In this document: piece by piece, positions 1 to 10,385 of the stretch
Numbering within the stretch: the first letter of the stretch is position 1
Layout of the letters: every line of letters starts with the position of its first letter
Origin: a bacterium
Lineage (GTDB): Bacteria; UBA8248
Reading direction: 5' to 3'
Assembly (NCBI GenBank): GCA_965219955.1
Contig: OZ244799.1
Coordinates: 1,120,001 to 1,184,000 of the forward strand
Length of the DNA stretch: 64,000 nucleotides
Program-made: the position numbers and the translations under genes
The notes under the pieces: generated by a model
Told to the model about the DNA's origin: nothing
Seen by the model: the letters and a program-made list of their open reading frames with translations, nothing else
The model's database searches: none

Positions 1-422
1 GCGCCGCAACTTCGGGGTAATCCGCGCGTCCTGAACCCGGCATCCGCGGGCGCGCTCCCGTTGCGGGAGGACCCCTTCGCGCGGGCGGCGGAGGCATGTG
101 CCTGCGCTGAACTCCGGACGCGGAGCGGAGGTCGAATCCGAATCGCTCGTTCCATTTCTTCCTCCCCGCGTCGATGGGAACACCCGCTTTCCGCGCGGGG
201 ATTCTCGCGCATCGCGCCCGAAGCGCGGTGACGGCAAATGCGGGGAAACGCGCGCCCTCTCGGCCGGGGCGGCGGAGAGCGAAGCCGTCCTCCGGGCGCG
301 CCCGTGCATTCGTTGGCGAGGGTCATTTTCGGCCGGACGCGAAAACCGTGATTTTGAAGGACGATCTTCTTCCGCGCCGCATCCTTCCCGCATGGATCAC
401 GAGCGGCCGCACGGGGCGCATC

Positions 423-968
423 AGGGGGTTGTTGAAAAAGTCCTCCGCGAGGAGCGAGGGAATCCCGATAATCGAATTGTTTGCCGTAGGGACAGGCCTC
501 CGTGCCTGTCCGGTTCTTCGTGGTTGTCCTTCGTCAGGACAGGCACGGGGGCCTGTCCCTACGCCCCGCGTATCGAGACGAACTGAAGGGGCGGCCCCCC
601 GTGGCCGCCCTGTGCCCCTTTGCCGTCCATGGTTCGCCTTTGGCCGTCATTCCGGCAATCAATACCGACCGAGGAGGAAGGGATTGCCCGGAATCCATTT
701 TCAAGCAGAATGATAATACCGCGGCTTTTCATCTCCTCGTCATTTGCGCGAATCGATCAGAAAACCAGGAACAAAGGCAAATCAAATGGATTCCGGCTCA
801 AGGCCGGAATGACGAACAAAACCGCATCGTCTCGCAGGGACAGGCCTCCGTGCCTGTCCTGACGGCAACCATACCCGCAAAGGACAACCACGGAGGGCAG
901 GACAACCCCGAGTAGGGGTTGTCCCTACATCCGCCATTCCTCCTTTATCGGACTTTTTCAAAACCCCC
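423..968. repeat. Mosaic intergenic repeat cluster: MITE-like shell containing GTAG-type and CGTC-type REP palindromes
   Basis: GGGGTTGTTGAAAAAGTCC near 425 and GGACTTTTTCAAAACCCC near 950 face inward. Inside are GTAGGGACAGGCCTCCGTGCCTGTCC palindromes and a CGTCATTCCGG...CCGGAATGACG doublet (645-814) that closely resembles 9389-9553. Confidence 0.85.
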
Positions 969-1009
969 ATAAGACGCTGTTGAAAAACCCCTGATTCTGT
1001 GATTCGGTA

Positions 1010-3049
1010 ATGGCTGTTTTATGTTTGGGAGGAGGTCGCGAGATGCGGGAGCGCAGGAGTTGCGCCCAATCGGCAGGGCCGGGGCGAGAAGCGGTGCCGG
1101 GAGAGGCGGGCAGGGCGGCTTGCGAAGAGCTTCAGGCCGCTTCCGGCGATTTCATTCCGGCCGGCGGAAGCGCCGGTGAGCGTCCGATTAGCGGACAGGT
1201 GACGGCGGGGCGGCGGATACTGCGCGAAACATTCGGGTTCGACGAGTTCCGGCCAGGCCAGGAGGCCGTGATCGGGGCGCTTTTGGCGGGGCGCAACGCG
1301 CTTGTCGTGATGCCGACGGGTTCGGGCAAATCGCTGTGCTTCCAGATACCGGGCTTGGTCATGGATGGACTGACGGTTGTCGTTTCACCGCTGGTGGCGC
1401 TGATGCAGGACCAGATAGCGGCGCTGCGGCTCATGGGCGTCGCGGCGGACAGCATCAACTCCGGCAACAGCCGGGCGGAGAATGTGGCCGCCTGGAAGCG
1501 CGTGGCGGAGGGCCGGACGCGGTTTCTCTACATGGCCCCGGAACGGCTGATGACCGAGCGCATGCTGGCGGCCCTGAAACGACTGCCGGTGAGGCAGTTC
1601 GCCATAGATGAGGCCCACTGCATCTCGCAATGGGGCCCGGCCTTCCGTCCGGAATACGCCGACCTTTGCCGGTTGCGGGAGTTCTTTCCCGGGATACCGC
1701 TCATTGCGCTGACGGCGACCGCCGACGAGGTGACCCGCGCCGACGTCGTCGAGCGATTGTTCGACGGCCGGGTCGAGCAGTTCGTGCTCGGCTTCGACCG
1801 CCCCAACATCACGCTCACGGTGGAGATGAAGCGCAACTGGAAGCGGCAACTCCGGAGTTTCGTCGCGCGCCATGAAGGCCGAAGCGGAATCGTCTACTGC
1901 CTCTCGCGGAAGAAGACGGAGGAGGCCGCCGCCATGCTGGCGGAGGATGGCGTGCGTGCGCTGCCCTATCATGCGGGCATGGAGACCTGTGAGCGTGAAG
2001 CCCACCAGAACGTCTTCATGACCGAGCCCGGCGTCGTGATCGTGGCGACCATCGCTTTCGGCATGGGGATTGACAAGGCGGATGTCCGGTACGTCTTCCA
2101 CACCGATCTTCCGGGCAGCATGGAGGCCTACTACCAGGAGATCGGCCGGGCCGGGCGCGACGGCGACCCCGCCGAGGCGCACATGCTTTACGGGCTGGAT
2201 GACATTCGGATGCGCCGCCGGTTCATCGAGGATGAGGACGCGGGTCCGGAGCGAAGGCGCCGGGAGCACAAGCGGCTCGACGCGCTTCTGGGCTTTTGCG
2301 AGGCGCCGGCCTGCAGGCGAGTGGCGCTGCTGGATTATTTCGGGGAGCGGATCGAGCCTTGCGGCAACTGCGACATCTGTCTCTCCCCGCCCGAGCTCAT
2401 CGACGGGACGGAGGAAGCGTTGATGATACTCTCGGCGGCCAGGCGGTCGGGGGAACGCTTCGGCGCGGCGCATCTGATCGACATCTTGCGCGGGACAAAG
2501 AGCGAAAAGATCACGCGCTTCGGGCATCATTGTCTACCGACTTTTGGAGTGGGGGCGAATCGGGGTAAGAACGAGTGGCGCTCTTTGATTCGTCAAATGG
2601 TCGCTGCGGGGTTTCTGCGGCTTGACATCGGAGGCTTCGGCGGGCTCGGGATCACCGATAAGGGAGGCGCGTTGCTGCACGGCGACGGAGCGTTCATCTA
2701 TCGCGAAGACACGGCGGTTTCGCGCAGCCCTGCGAAGACGCAGGCGCGGAGCGACGGGCGGGCGGAACAGCCCCTGACCGGCGGGGAAGCGATGCTGCTG
2801 GACGCTCTCAAGGCGTTGCGGCTGGAACTGGCCAGAGAGCGCGGGGTGCCCGCCTTCGTCGTGTTTCACGACCGCACGCTGATCGACATGGCGCGCCGCC
2901 GGCCGCGCACCGAGGCGGAGTTCGCCGGGGTCAGCGGTGTCGGGGAAGCGAAGCTGAAGCAGTTCGCCGGGCCGTTCCTGGCCGCGATCGACGCTGCTCT
3001 CTCCGGTGTGACCGGGGCGGCCCTGTCCGGTACGGACGAGAGCGTTTGA
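1010..3049 (+). CDS. recQ: ATP-dependent DNA helicase RecQ
   Basis: FGFDEFRPGQ, MPTGSGKS, DEAHCISQWG, QEIGRAGRDG, Zn-binding CRR...CGNCDIC, RQC and C-terminal HRDC (VPAFVVFHDRTL) motifs. The true start may be downstream of 1010. Confidence 0.96.
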   Translation: MAVLCLGGGREMRERRSCAQSAGPGREAVPGEAGRAACEELQAASGDFIPAGGSAGERPISGQVTAGRRILRETFGFDEFRPGQEAVIGALLAGRNALVVMPTGSGKSLCFQIPGLVMDGLTVVVSPLVALMQDQIAALRLMGVAADSINSGNSRAENVAAWKRVAEGRTRFLYMAPERLMTERMLAALKRLPVRQFAIDEAHCISQWGPAFRPEYADLCRLREFFPGIPLIALTATADEVTRADVVERLFDGRVEQFVLGFDRPNITLTVEMKRNWKRQLRSFVARHEGRSGIVYCLSRKKTEEAAAMLAEDGVRALPYHAGMETCEREAHQNVFMTEPGVVIVATIAFGMGIDKADVRYVFHTDLPGSMEAYYQEIGRAGRDGDPAEAHMLYGLDDIRMRRRFIEDEDAGPERRRREHKRLDALLGFCEAPACRRVALLDYFGERIEPCGNCDICLSPPELIDGTEEALMILSAARRSGERFGAAHLIDILRGTKSEKITRFGHHCLPTFGVGANRGKNEWRSLIRQMVAAGFLRLDIGGFGGLGITDKGGALLHGDGAFIYREDTAVSRSPAKTQARSDGRAEQPLTGGEAMLLDALKALRLELARERGVPAFVVFHDRTLIDMARRRPRTEAEFAGVSGVGEAKLKQFAGPFLAAIDAALSGVTGAALSGTDESV

Positions 3050-3217
3050 GTGCCCGGAAGCAAAATTATCAGGTGCGCAACGGATATTTCCACACCTGTC
3101 ATGGAATCGAAAGACACTGCCGCAGGCCGAGTCGAAAACGATGGGATGGTCTGTGCCCGTTGCCTGCCAGAGTCCACTGGATTCCGGCATGCGCCGGGAT
3201 GACGCCTGATTCCTGCC

Positions 3218-3568
3218 CGTAGGGACAGGCCCCCGTGCCTGTCCTCACGTAGGGCAACCACGGGAGTTGTCCTTACCAAGTGATGGTGCCCGGGTCGTTC
3301 GGATTTCGGGAAATGATGTTCCCAGGGGCAGGGAGGAAATGTGCCTCTGTAGGGACAGGTCGCGACCTGTCCCTACTGTGCTCCCTCAACCCGCGCCGTC
3401 GTTTCCGACCGAAGAAGGAGACAGCGAGAGTATCCACCGGGCGCATGAATTATTACGCGTTAAGATAGCCGCTATGAGAGAAAAAGTGGTGTAGTGGAAG
3501 TAAAGGGGGCTTCAGTCTGGAGAAAGATTTCATTTGCACAGTAGGGGCGGTTCGCGAACCGCCCCTAC
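3218..3568. repeat. GTAG-type REP palindromes between convergent genes
   Basis: GTAGGGACAGGTCGCGACCTGTCCCTAC (3349-3376), GTAGGGGCGGTTCGCGAACCGCCCCTAC (3541-3568, identical to 9573-9600) and GTAGGGACAGGCCCCCGTGCCTGTCC (about 3218). Confidence 0.85.
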
Positions 3569-3592
3569 CAGGTGTTTTGGCGATATGCTTTC

Positions 3593-5467
3593 TCAACCCG
3601 CGCCGTTGCCCCCGCCGTTGCCCGCGGCGGCCAGCGCCTCGGCCACGTCATCGAGCTTGAGCCTCCCGAGCGTCGCCGCCGTGGGGAAGCCGTTCTCATC
3701 CCATCCGCGGATGCCGTAGAACTCGTTTTTCATGCCTTCGAGCTCATCCGGCGGGCAGTGCATCCCCTTGTGGGGGCCGTCGGGAATCGGCTCGTGCATC
3801 ACTTTATAGGGGAGCATGTCGTCCGCGCGGCTCACCCCCTCGCGCACGTGCAGGGCGCGCTCGAGGTTGCAGATGCGCTCGCCCGTTTCCTCCAACTCGT
3901 CCGCCGTCGTGTCCCACCCGGTCACGAGGTTCAGCATCGTCGCGTATTTCTCGTTGATCATCGCCCCGTAGCCGCGCTCGGCCGTGAAGCGGCACTGCGT
4001 GATGGAATCGCCCAGCGCGGTGAAGTTCTGCGTGCGCACGGCGAACTCGGGCTTGCCCTCGGTCGAGGTGTTGTCGTGGTCTGAGGCGTACTGCAGGGTG
4101 GGGCGGGTGTCGTGGTGGCTGCCGCCCCGCGTGCCCGTGGCGTAGCCGATGGACATGCCCTTGAGCGCGCGCGCGCTGTGCGCCGGAAGCTCGAGGCCGC
4201 GCGAGGCGTAGAGCAGGTTGGGCGCGTCGCCGCCGATTTCCGCGGCCAGGCGCTTGCCGCCCTCCGCCAGCCTGTCGCCGAACCCTTTCCGGTGGGTCAT
4301 GTCTTCTAAAAGCCTCAGCATGGTGGCCGAATCGCCCCACTTGAGCGGCTCGCCGACTTCCGCCTCGCTCAGCAGTCCTTTCTCCATGCTCTCGAAGGCG
4401 AGCGAGAGCGTGACGCCCGCCGATATCGTGTCGAGACCCAACTCGTCGCAGAGCATGTTGGCCTGGAGCATGACGCCCGGGTCCCCGATGCCCAGCATGG
4501 TCCCCAGCGCGAAGATGGTCTCGTATTCGGGCAGCTTCCACACGAGGCCGTCGAACTCGCCGCCTTTCATCAGGTAGTTCTTGCCGCACGCCACCGGGCA
4601 TTTGAGGCAGGTGGTGTGCTTGTCCAGAAAATTGTCGTGCATGTATTCACCGCTGATGGGCTCGCAGTTCTCAAAAATCTCGCTCATGAGGTTCCGGGTG
4701 CCGAGCGCGCCCATCTTGTTGATCATGTTGACGAGAATCGGGGTGCCGTACTTGTGGAGGGCCGCCGTGCCCGTGCGCACGTCCTCGGTGGTCTCGTTCA
4801 CGAACGTCCTGAGCGCCTTGGCGTCTGCCCAGGCGGTTTTCGCCTTGCCGCGGGCGGCGATGGCCTTGACGTTCTTGCTCCCCAGAACGGCCGCCATGCC
4901 CCCGCGCCCGCTGATGCCGTCGCGGCTCTTGCGCCAGGTGTGCGCCATGGCCGCGAAGCGCACCTGGTTCTCGCCCGCGGGGCCGATGGCCAGAACGTCC
5001 GTGCCGCCCTCGGTCTCCGTAATCGTATCGCACGTCTCGCGGATCCATTTCCCCTTCAGATGGCTCGCGTCCTTGAACGCCACGCCGTCTTCGGTGAGCA
5101 TGAGATAGACGAGGGAGTCGGCCTTTCCGTGCAGGACGACGGCGTCGAGCCCGGTGCGCTTGAGCGTGATGGGCCACGCGCCCCCGAAAGTGGAATCGAA
5201 GAAAAGCCCCGTGAGCGGGCTGATGGCCGCGGCGCAAGCGCGGCTGGCGCTGGGGACTGCGGAATCCGTATACGGCCCCACGGCGAAGACGATGACGTTT
5301 TCAGGCGACAGCGCGTCGGTGCCGGGCTTTAAGTGGTCCCAGAGGATCTTGGCGCAGAAGCCGTTTCCGCCGAGGAACGTGCGGCCTATCTCCTCGCCGA
5401 ATTCCTCGATGCGGGACGTGCGGTTGGTCAGGTCGATGTGCAGTATTCTTCCTTGATATCCGAGCAT
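3593..5467 (-). CDS. Aldehyde:ferredoxin oxidoreductase family (tungstopterin) protein
   Basis: Starts MLGYQGRILHIDLT (ATG 5467). Contains IGPAGEN, GRGGMAAVLGSKNVKAI, CxxCxxxC (CLKCPVAC), PEYET, DELGLDTIS and RGWDENG. Confidence 0.93.
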   Translation of the reverse strand: MLGYQGRILHIDLTNRTSRIEEFGEEIGRTFLGGNGFCAKILWDHLKPGTDALSPENVIVFAVGPYTDSAVPSASRACAAAISPLTGLFFDSTFGGAWPITLKRTGLDAVVLHGKADSLVYLMLTEDGVAFKDASHLKGKWIRETCDTITETEGGTDVLAIGPAGENQVRFAAMAHTWRKSRDGISGRGGMAAVLGSKNVKAIAARGKAKTAWADAKALRTFVNETTEDVRTGTAALHKYGTPILVNMINKMGALGTRNLMSEIFENCEPISGEYMHDNFLDKHTTCLKCPVACGKNYLMKGGEFDGLVWKLPEYETIFALGTMLGIGDPGVMLQANMLCDELGLDTISAGVTLSLAFESMEKGLLSEAEVGEPLKWGDSATMLRLLEDMTHRKGFGDRLAEGGKRLAAEIGGDAPNLLYASRGLELPAHSARALKGMSIGYATGTRGGSHHDTRPTLQYASDHDNTSTEGKPEFAVRTQNFTALGDSITQCRFTAERGYGAMINEKYATMLNLVTGWDTTADELEETGERICNLERALHVREGVSRADDMLPYKVMHEPIPDGPHKGMHCPPDELEGMKNEFYGIRGWDENGFPTAATLGRLKLDDVAEALAAAGNGGGNGAG

Positions 5468-5666
5468 GTGCGGCCCTCGATAGAACGAATGAGCGAAGTC
5501 TGATTCCGTTGGAAGCCCTAGTGTAAACATTTGGCCGTTTTGTGCAAGGTCAATCGCAACTGAGGAAGGAGCGATTGCCGGGCAGGGAGGGGAGCTGAAA
5601 AAGCCTTTGTCGAAGGAGTAACCTTCCAATCCTCCTCCTCAGGGGATAAAGGCAACCCCCCCTTGG

Positions 5667-6411
5667 CGGGGCTGTTGAAAAAGTCCTCTCAAGCGGTGGG
5701 GGTAAGATGGTTTTGTAGGGACAACCCTCCGTGGTTGTCCTTTGCGGGATGGTTGCCGTCAGGACAGGCACGGAGGCCTGTCCCTACGAGACGATACGGT
5801 TTTGTTCGTCATTCCGGCGAAAGCCGGAATCCATTTTATGATTTTTGCTTTCGTTTTCGCATTTGATTCTAACTCGCGGAAGAGAGCGCCGTGCCCGAAT
5901 CCGGAACGGATGAGGCGGATATATATGGTAGCGTCCGTATCTTCCCCGGTTGGGAGAGAGAACGACGGGGTGAAAGGCCAAAGACAAAGGCGAAAATGGA
6001 TTTCGTCGAACCCTCCCGCATTGGTCGGCTCCGACACCGGAATGACGAACAAAACCACACCGTCCCATCCTGAATAGCGGCCCTTCGACAGGCTCAGGGC
6101 AGGCTCCCTCGACTTCGCTCGGGACAAGCTCCGCCCCCACCTTCCTCATCCTGAGTAGCCGCCGAAGGCGGCGTATCGAAGGGCGAGGGGAGGCGAGCGC
6201 CTCGCGCCGGGCGAGGGGCATCCTTCGATACGCGGCTTCGCCGCTACTCAGGATGAGGTGGAGAGAGGTTATTCAACAACCCCACAAGGGAGGGGGTAGG
6301 GGGGGGTGGTTTTCAAGGCGAGAGCCTGCGCCGCCGCCCGGTTTCGGATTTTTGCCGGAATGACGGCGGAATTGGCAACGAAAGTGGGCGGACACATGGG
6401 TCCGCCCCTAC
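5667..6411. repeat. Mosaic repeat cluster: TIR shell with CGTC doublet, CTCATCCTGAG doublet and GTAG REPs
   Basis: GGGGCTGTTGAAAAAG near 5668 and TTATTCAACAACCCC near 6270. CGTC doublet at 5807-6047. CTCATCCTGAGTAG...CTACTCAGGATGAG doublet at about 6144-6258. REP GGGCGGACACATGGGTCCGCCCCTAC at 6386-6411. Confidence 0.85.
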
Positions 6412-6427
6412 AAAAACATCACCCCCC

Positions 6428-7138
6428 CTACTGCGGGACCTCCATGCGCCGGTAGGACTCGGCGCATTCGAGGCCGCCCGCCTCGCCCGAGCGCTTCGCC
6501 CAGTCGCGCAGGTGGGTAACGAGGTCTTCAGCCGCGCCGACCTGGCTCTTGTGGCAGTGGAGCGCCTTTATTTTCAGGTCGAACGTATCGGTGATGTCCA
6601 CCCAGGTGTCGGCGCCGCGAATCGTCTTGAAATAGACTTCCCTGGGATGATGCGGCTCCAGGCCCTCGGCGAGGAGTTCGGGGAAATAGTTCTCGTTCCC
6701 CACGGCGGGGTAGAGCGCGTCGAAGACCGCCTTGGCGACGGCGCGGTGGTCGCGGTGGTAGCCGTAGAAGCTGTCGAAGGCGTTGTTCGCCGGGTCGTCG
6801 GCGATCACGAGGTCCGGCTTGCACTCCCTCATCACGTGCACGAGGTCGCGCCTGAGTTCGGCCGTGTTCCGCACCTCACCGTCCGTATGGCGCAGGAAGT
6901 GGATTTTCTCGACGCCGACGACCGCAGCCGCCGCGTGCTGTTCGCTCTCGCGGATCGCCTGTTTCTCCTGGATGGTCATGCGGCGCGATTCGGGGCCGTT
7001 CACGCCCTTGTCCCCGCTCGTGGCGAGGCAGTATTCCACATGCCGGCCCTCGCGGGTCCATTTGGCGGCCGAACCTGCGCAGCGGAACTCGATGTCGTCG
7101 GGATGCGCGCAGATGATGAGGATGTTTTGGTGCTCCAC
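6428..7138 (-). CDS. PIG-L/LmbE family deacetylase
   Basis: AHPDD motif, TSGDKG, HRDH and KIKALHCHKSQ. Confidence 0.92.
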   Translation of the reverse strand: MEHQNILIICAHPDDIEFRCAGSAAKWTREGRHVEYCLATSGDKGVNGPESRRMTIQEKQAIRESEQHAAAAVVGVEKIHFLRHTDGEVRNTAELRRDLVHVMRECKPDLVIADDPANNAFDSFYGYHRDHRAVAKAVFDALYPAVGNENYFPELLAEGLEPHHPREVYFKTIRGADTWVDITDTFDLKIKALHCHKSQVGAAEDLVTHLRDWAKRSGEAGGLECAESYRRMEVPQ

Positions 7139-7243
7139 CGGTGTTCCCTTTCATGGACGATGCGGCAAGGCGACTTATAGCAGGGGGCGATGCGCATCGC
7201 AAAGGGGGGGAATTTGATTTGGTGATTGCATGGCCGTTTCTCG

Positions 7244-7528
7244 CAGGGGCGGTTGAAAAAACCGAGGAGAGAGGACCTACTCCCCCCGTGAGGCTGTTGA
7301 AAAAGCCTCGATGAACGAGGGATGGCGAATTATGGCCGCGCTCGCCGCGGATGAAAATTTCAACCGTAGGGGCGGGCCTCCGTGCCCGCCCGTATCGGGA
7401 ATGTCCATGCCCGTAAGAAACCTCGGACAGGCACGGAGGCCTGTCCCTACGGGGAACAATTCGATGATTGGGATTCCCTCTCTTCTCAGTAGGGACTTTT
7501 TCAACAACCCCCTCAAGGGGGGAGTGAA
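7244..7528. repeat. Nested MITE-like element with REP cargo
   Basis: Two successive GTTGAAAAA left ends (about 7252 and 7296) and a TTTTTCAACAACCCC right end (about 7497) followed by TCAAGGGGGGAGTG. The interior is an inverted relative of 425-510 and 35601-35690. Confidence 0.8.
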
Positions 7529-7644
7529 GTCCCCTCCATACTCGATCGGGTCCCCCCCTTGGTGGCAACCCCCGAAATCTGCTAGAAATGAAGAAAACAC
7601 CTGTACGGATTTCATTGCGAACCCCGAACGACGAGGAGGCCGAG

Positions 7645-8235
7645 ATGTCGAGAATCACGCCGGTACCCGATGACGCCGCTGGCGATCACGAACCGCTCTT
7701 TGAGCAATCGAGGGAAAGATGGGGCACGGTGCCCAGCTTCTACCGCGCCCTGGCCCATTCGCCCGAAGCCCTGCGCCACATCATGAGCCTGACGGTGGCC
7801 CTGCGGAGCCAGTGGCGGACCGATTCGGCCAGGATGCGCCTGATGCAGCTTGCGATCCTGACGCCCTCGCTCATCAACGACTGCGAGATATGAACGAACC
7901 ACAACGTCAAGCTTGGTCAAGCTGCCGGATTGAACGACGAACACATCGCCCTGATAGTCGATGGCTGGGAGGGGAGCGACCTGTTCGATGAGCGCGAAAA
8001 GGCGGTGATCCGCTGGGCGACGGCCCTCACGAGAAACACGGCCGCCGCGGACGACGCCTGTTTCGCGCCGCTTAAACAATTTTTCAGCGAAAAGGACATC
8101 GTGGAGCTCACCCTGTTCACCTGCCTGTTCAACGCCTGGAACCGCCTGCAGGACGGCCTCCACAACCCGGTGGAGCCGCCCGATGACATCATCGGCTGGA
8201 AGGAGTGGGAGGAAGTGGCGCAGGTGTCGGGGTAG
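7645..8235 (+). CDS. AhpD/carboxymuconolactone-decarboxylase-like selenoprotein (CxxU, Sec83), 196 aa
   Basis: ORFs 7588-7893 and 7930-8235 are in the same frame, separated only by TGA 7891-7893. Read-through gives NDCEI-U-TNHNVKLGQAAGL, the AhpD CxxC position. RBS GAGGAGG precedes ATG 7645. The C-terminal half has the CMD-type LFDEREKAVIRWA and IVELT...NRL. Confidence 0.85.
7906..7925 (+). promoter_or_regulatory. Putative bacterial SECIS hairpin
   Basis: AGCTT-GGTC-AAGCT stem-loop (7910-7923) starts after a 16-nt spacer from the in-frame UGA. Its GGUC apical loop resembles that of the E. coli fdhF SECIS. Confidence 0.65.
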
Positions 8236-8304
8236 GGGGATAGGAATGGATTCGCAGGGGCGTCGGGCTTTCCTGAGGAAGGGAAGCCCGACCGTGGTCG
8301 CCCT

Positions 8305-8490
8305 TTGTTGGACAGGCGCAGAGGCCTGTCCCTACGGGTCGCTCCGACCGAAGAGAAATGGTTTTGATGGTTTTGTAGGGGTCAGACATATATGTCTGAC
8401 TATGTGTCCGCCCTGTTCATCTATCCGCCATTTGCGCGTCGTGGTTTGAGTCGGTTTCCAAAGCGGGCGGACACACAGGTCCGCCCCTAC
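8305..8490. repeat. GTAG REP cluster; uninterrupted analogue of the IS1111 target site
   Basis: GTAGGGGTCAGACATATATGTCTGAC (8375) ... GGGCGGACACACAGGTCCGCCCCTAC (8465-8490). This is the same REP pair, inverted, that is split by the IS at 50133-51599. Confidence 0.85.
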
Positions 8491-8572
8491 GGAAGAGCGG
8501 GATACCGGAATTGATGAGGCAGGTATTTCATGATTCGAACGCCCCTTCACCCATTTCAATGAAAGGAAACGC

Positions 8573-9367
8573 GTGGACTTAGGCATTAAAGGAAAATCGG
8601 CTCTGGTGACGGGCGGAAGCCGCGGTATCGGCAAAGAGACGGCGAGGCGCTTCCTCGAAGAGGGCGTCCGTGTCTTCACCTGCGCGAGAAACGAAGAACC
8701 TCTGGCGGAGACCTGCGCGCAATTGGCCGATGAGACGGGCGGCGAAATCCATTGCGTCGTGGCGGACACCTCGAACGACGCGGAACTCGCGCCCCTGGTC
8801 GAAAAAGCGCAGGAAAAGCTCGGCGCCATCGACATTCTCGTGAACAACGCGGGCACCATGAGCTCGGGCCGGTTCGAGGTGCTCGATGACGCCGGTCTCC
8901 AGAAACAACTCGACACCAAGCTGTTCGGCTTCCTGCGCCTCATCCGCCTGGTGGAGCCCGGGATGCGTGCGAAGGGGTGGGGCCGCATCGTGAACATGAT
9001 CGGCGGCGCGGGCAAGGAGCCCGACCCCTACATGTTCGGGAGCGGCATGACGAACAGCGCGCTCCTGAACATGACGAAATCGCTTTCCACCGAATTCGGC
9101 GAGGCGGGCATTCATGTGAACGCGGTGTGCCCCGGCTGGGTGGACACCGCGCTCTGGAGAATGAACGCCGAAGGCCTGGCGGCGGAACTCGCGGCGGAGT
9201 CGGAAGAAGAGGCCCGCCGGCGCGCGGCGCGCAAGAACGCGCTGGGCCGTTTCGGCAGGCCCGAAGAACTCGCCGACGCCATCGTCTTTCTCTGCTCCGA
9301 GCGCGCGAGCTACATCACCGGAATTTCCCTGAATCTCGACGGCGGCAGGCTCAAGTCGTTGTGGTAA
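8573..9367 (+). CDS. Short-chain dehydrogenase/reductase
   Basis: TGGSRGIG, DILVNNAG, VNAVCPG and LDGG. The canonical YxxxK is replaced by SGMTN (atypical subgroup). Confidence 0.92.
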   Translation: MDLGIKGKSALVTGGSRGIGKETARRFLEEGVRVFTCARNEEPLAETCAQLADETGGEIHCVVADTSNDAELAPLVEKAQEKLGAIDILVNNAGTMSSGRFEVLDDAGLQKQLDTKLFGFLRLIRLVEPGMRAKGWGRIVNMIGGAGKEPDPYMFGSGMTNSALLNMTKSLSTEFGEAGIHVNAVCPGWVDTALWRMNAEGLAAELAAESEEEARRRAARKNALGRFGRPEELADAIVFLCSERASYITGISLNLDGGRLKSLW

Positions 9368-9388
9368 GGATGGCGATGCTGCTCAGGT

Positions 9389-9900
9389 CGTCATTCCGGC
9401 AATCAATGCCGACCGAGGAGGGAGGGATTGCCCGGAATCCATTTTCAAGCAGAATGGCAATACGCTGGCTTTTCATCTCCTCGTCATCGGTGCGAATCAA
9501 TAAAGAAAAAACAAAGGCAGAACAAATGGATTCCGGCTTTCGCCGGAATGACGGTGAGCGAGATATCGATTTGTAGGGGCGGTTCGCGAACCGCCCCTAC
9601 GGGATACCCGACGCGAGGAGAAATCAACTCCCCCCTTGAGGGGGAGTCGAAGAGGCCGAGCGTTTTTTGCGAAGGCCGATTCGGTGGGGGGTGAAACGCG
9701 TTTTATCGCCACCCGAATTATCCCCCCCACCGAGTCAGCCTTCACCTGTCGGTTCGGCTTCCTCGACTCCCCCTCAAGGGGGGAGTGATTGGTTGGCGCT
9801 CTGCAAGGGAGGAGTAAGGTTTCATCCCTCCATGGTCGGCTCTATCTGTGGAATCACGAGATCAGGGCTTTTTCAACAGCCCCCTCAAGGGGGGAGTGAA
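9389..9900. repeat. Mosaic repeat cluster: CGTC doublet, GTAG REP and CCCCCTCAAGGGGG palindromes
   Basis: CGTC doublet 9389-9553, perfect GTAG palindrome 9573-9600, CTCCCCCTTGAGGGGGAG near 9628, CTCCCCCTCAAGGGGGGAG near 9767, and TTTTTCAACAGCCCC near 9869. Confidence 0.85.
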
Positions 9901-9939
9901 TATAAAACACCTCAAATCTTATTTCCCTCGAACCCGACC

Positions 9940-10251
9940 TCACCCCGTCGTCGAATCGACGGCTTCGAGGAATTTCACGCCCACGGGCTCCGCGAGCAGG
10001 TCGGGCAGTTTCTCCCTGAAATTCTTGTAGTGCGGCTCTTCGCGGTGCGCGTCGAGAGCGGCCTGTGATTTCCAGCACTCGATGAAGTGGAACGCGCCCG
10101 CCTCGTCCGTCGCCCGGTAGAGGTTGTAGAAGATGCACCCCGCTTCATTGCGCGAGGGCGCGCACATGCCCCCCAGGAGTTCCGCCATCTCGTCTTCTTT
10201 GCCGGGCTTGGGCTTCAACCACGCGATCAGGAATACTCTTTCATCCGCCAT
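9940..10251 (-). CDS. ABM-family (putative quinol) monooxygenase
   Basis: 103 aa with SRNEAGCIFYNL, ECWKSQAALDAH and PHY. Confidence 0.88.
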   Translation of the reverse strand: MADERVFLIAWLKPKPGKEDEMAELLGGMCAPSRNEAGCIFYNLYRATDEAGAFHFIECWKSQAALDAHREEPHYKNFREKLPDLLAEPVGVKFLEAVDSTTG

Positions 10252-10385
10252 TTTCGGCCTCCGGTTTCATGGAATGAATCGCAATCGTGTCCATCGGGAC
10301 GCATTCTATCCGCTCGAACGGCCCGTGGCCAGATGATCCCCCCTCATCCTCGCCTCCCGGGGGTTTGGGGTGTATAGTCCGCCCC

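Noticed and set aside
98-970. ORFs within repeat clusters sharing peptides such as WIPAFAGMT, GLLKKS and VGTGLRACP (also 5550-6221, 9428-9745, 19022-19757, 45251-45814, 49723-50334)
   Set aside because: These are translations of REP and MITE sequences, not protein families.
5667-6411. Possible CRISPR array in the repeat clusters
   Set aside because: Repeats are inverted, heterogeneous and irregularly spaced, and no cas genes are present.
7588-8235. Pseudogene interpretation of the split CMD ORF and of the truncated rhodanese at 58783-59487
   Set aside because: In both, the only lesion is a TGA at the catalytic Cys position followed by a hairpin and an intact frame, which fits Sec recoding better.
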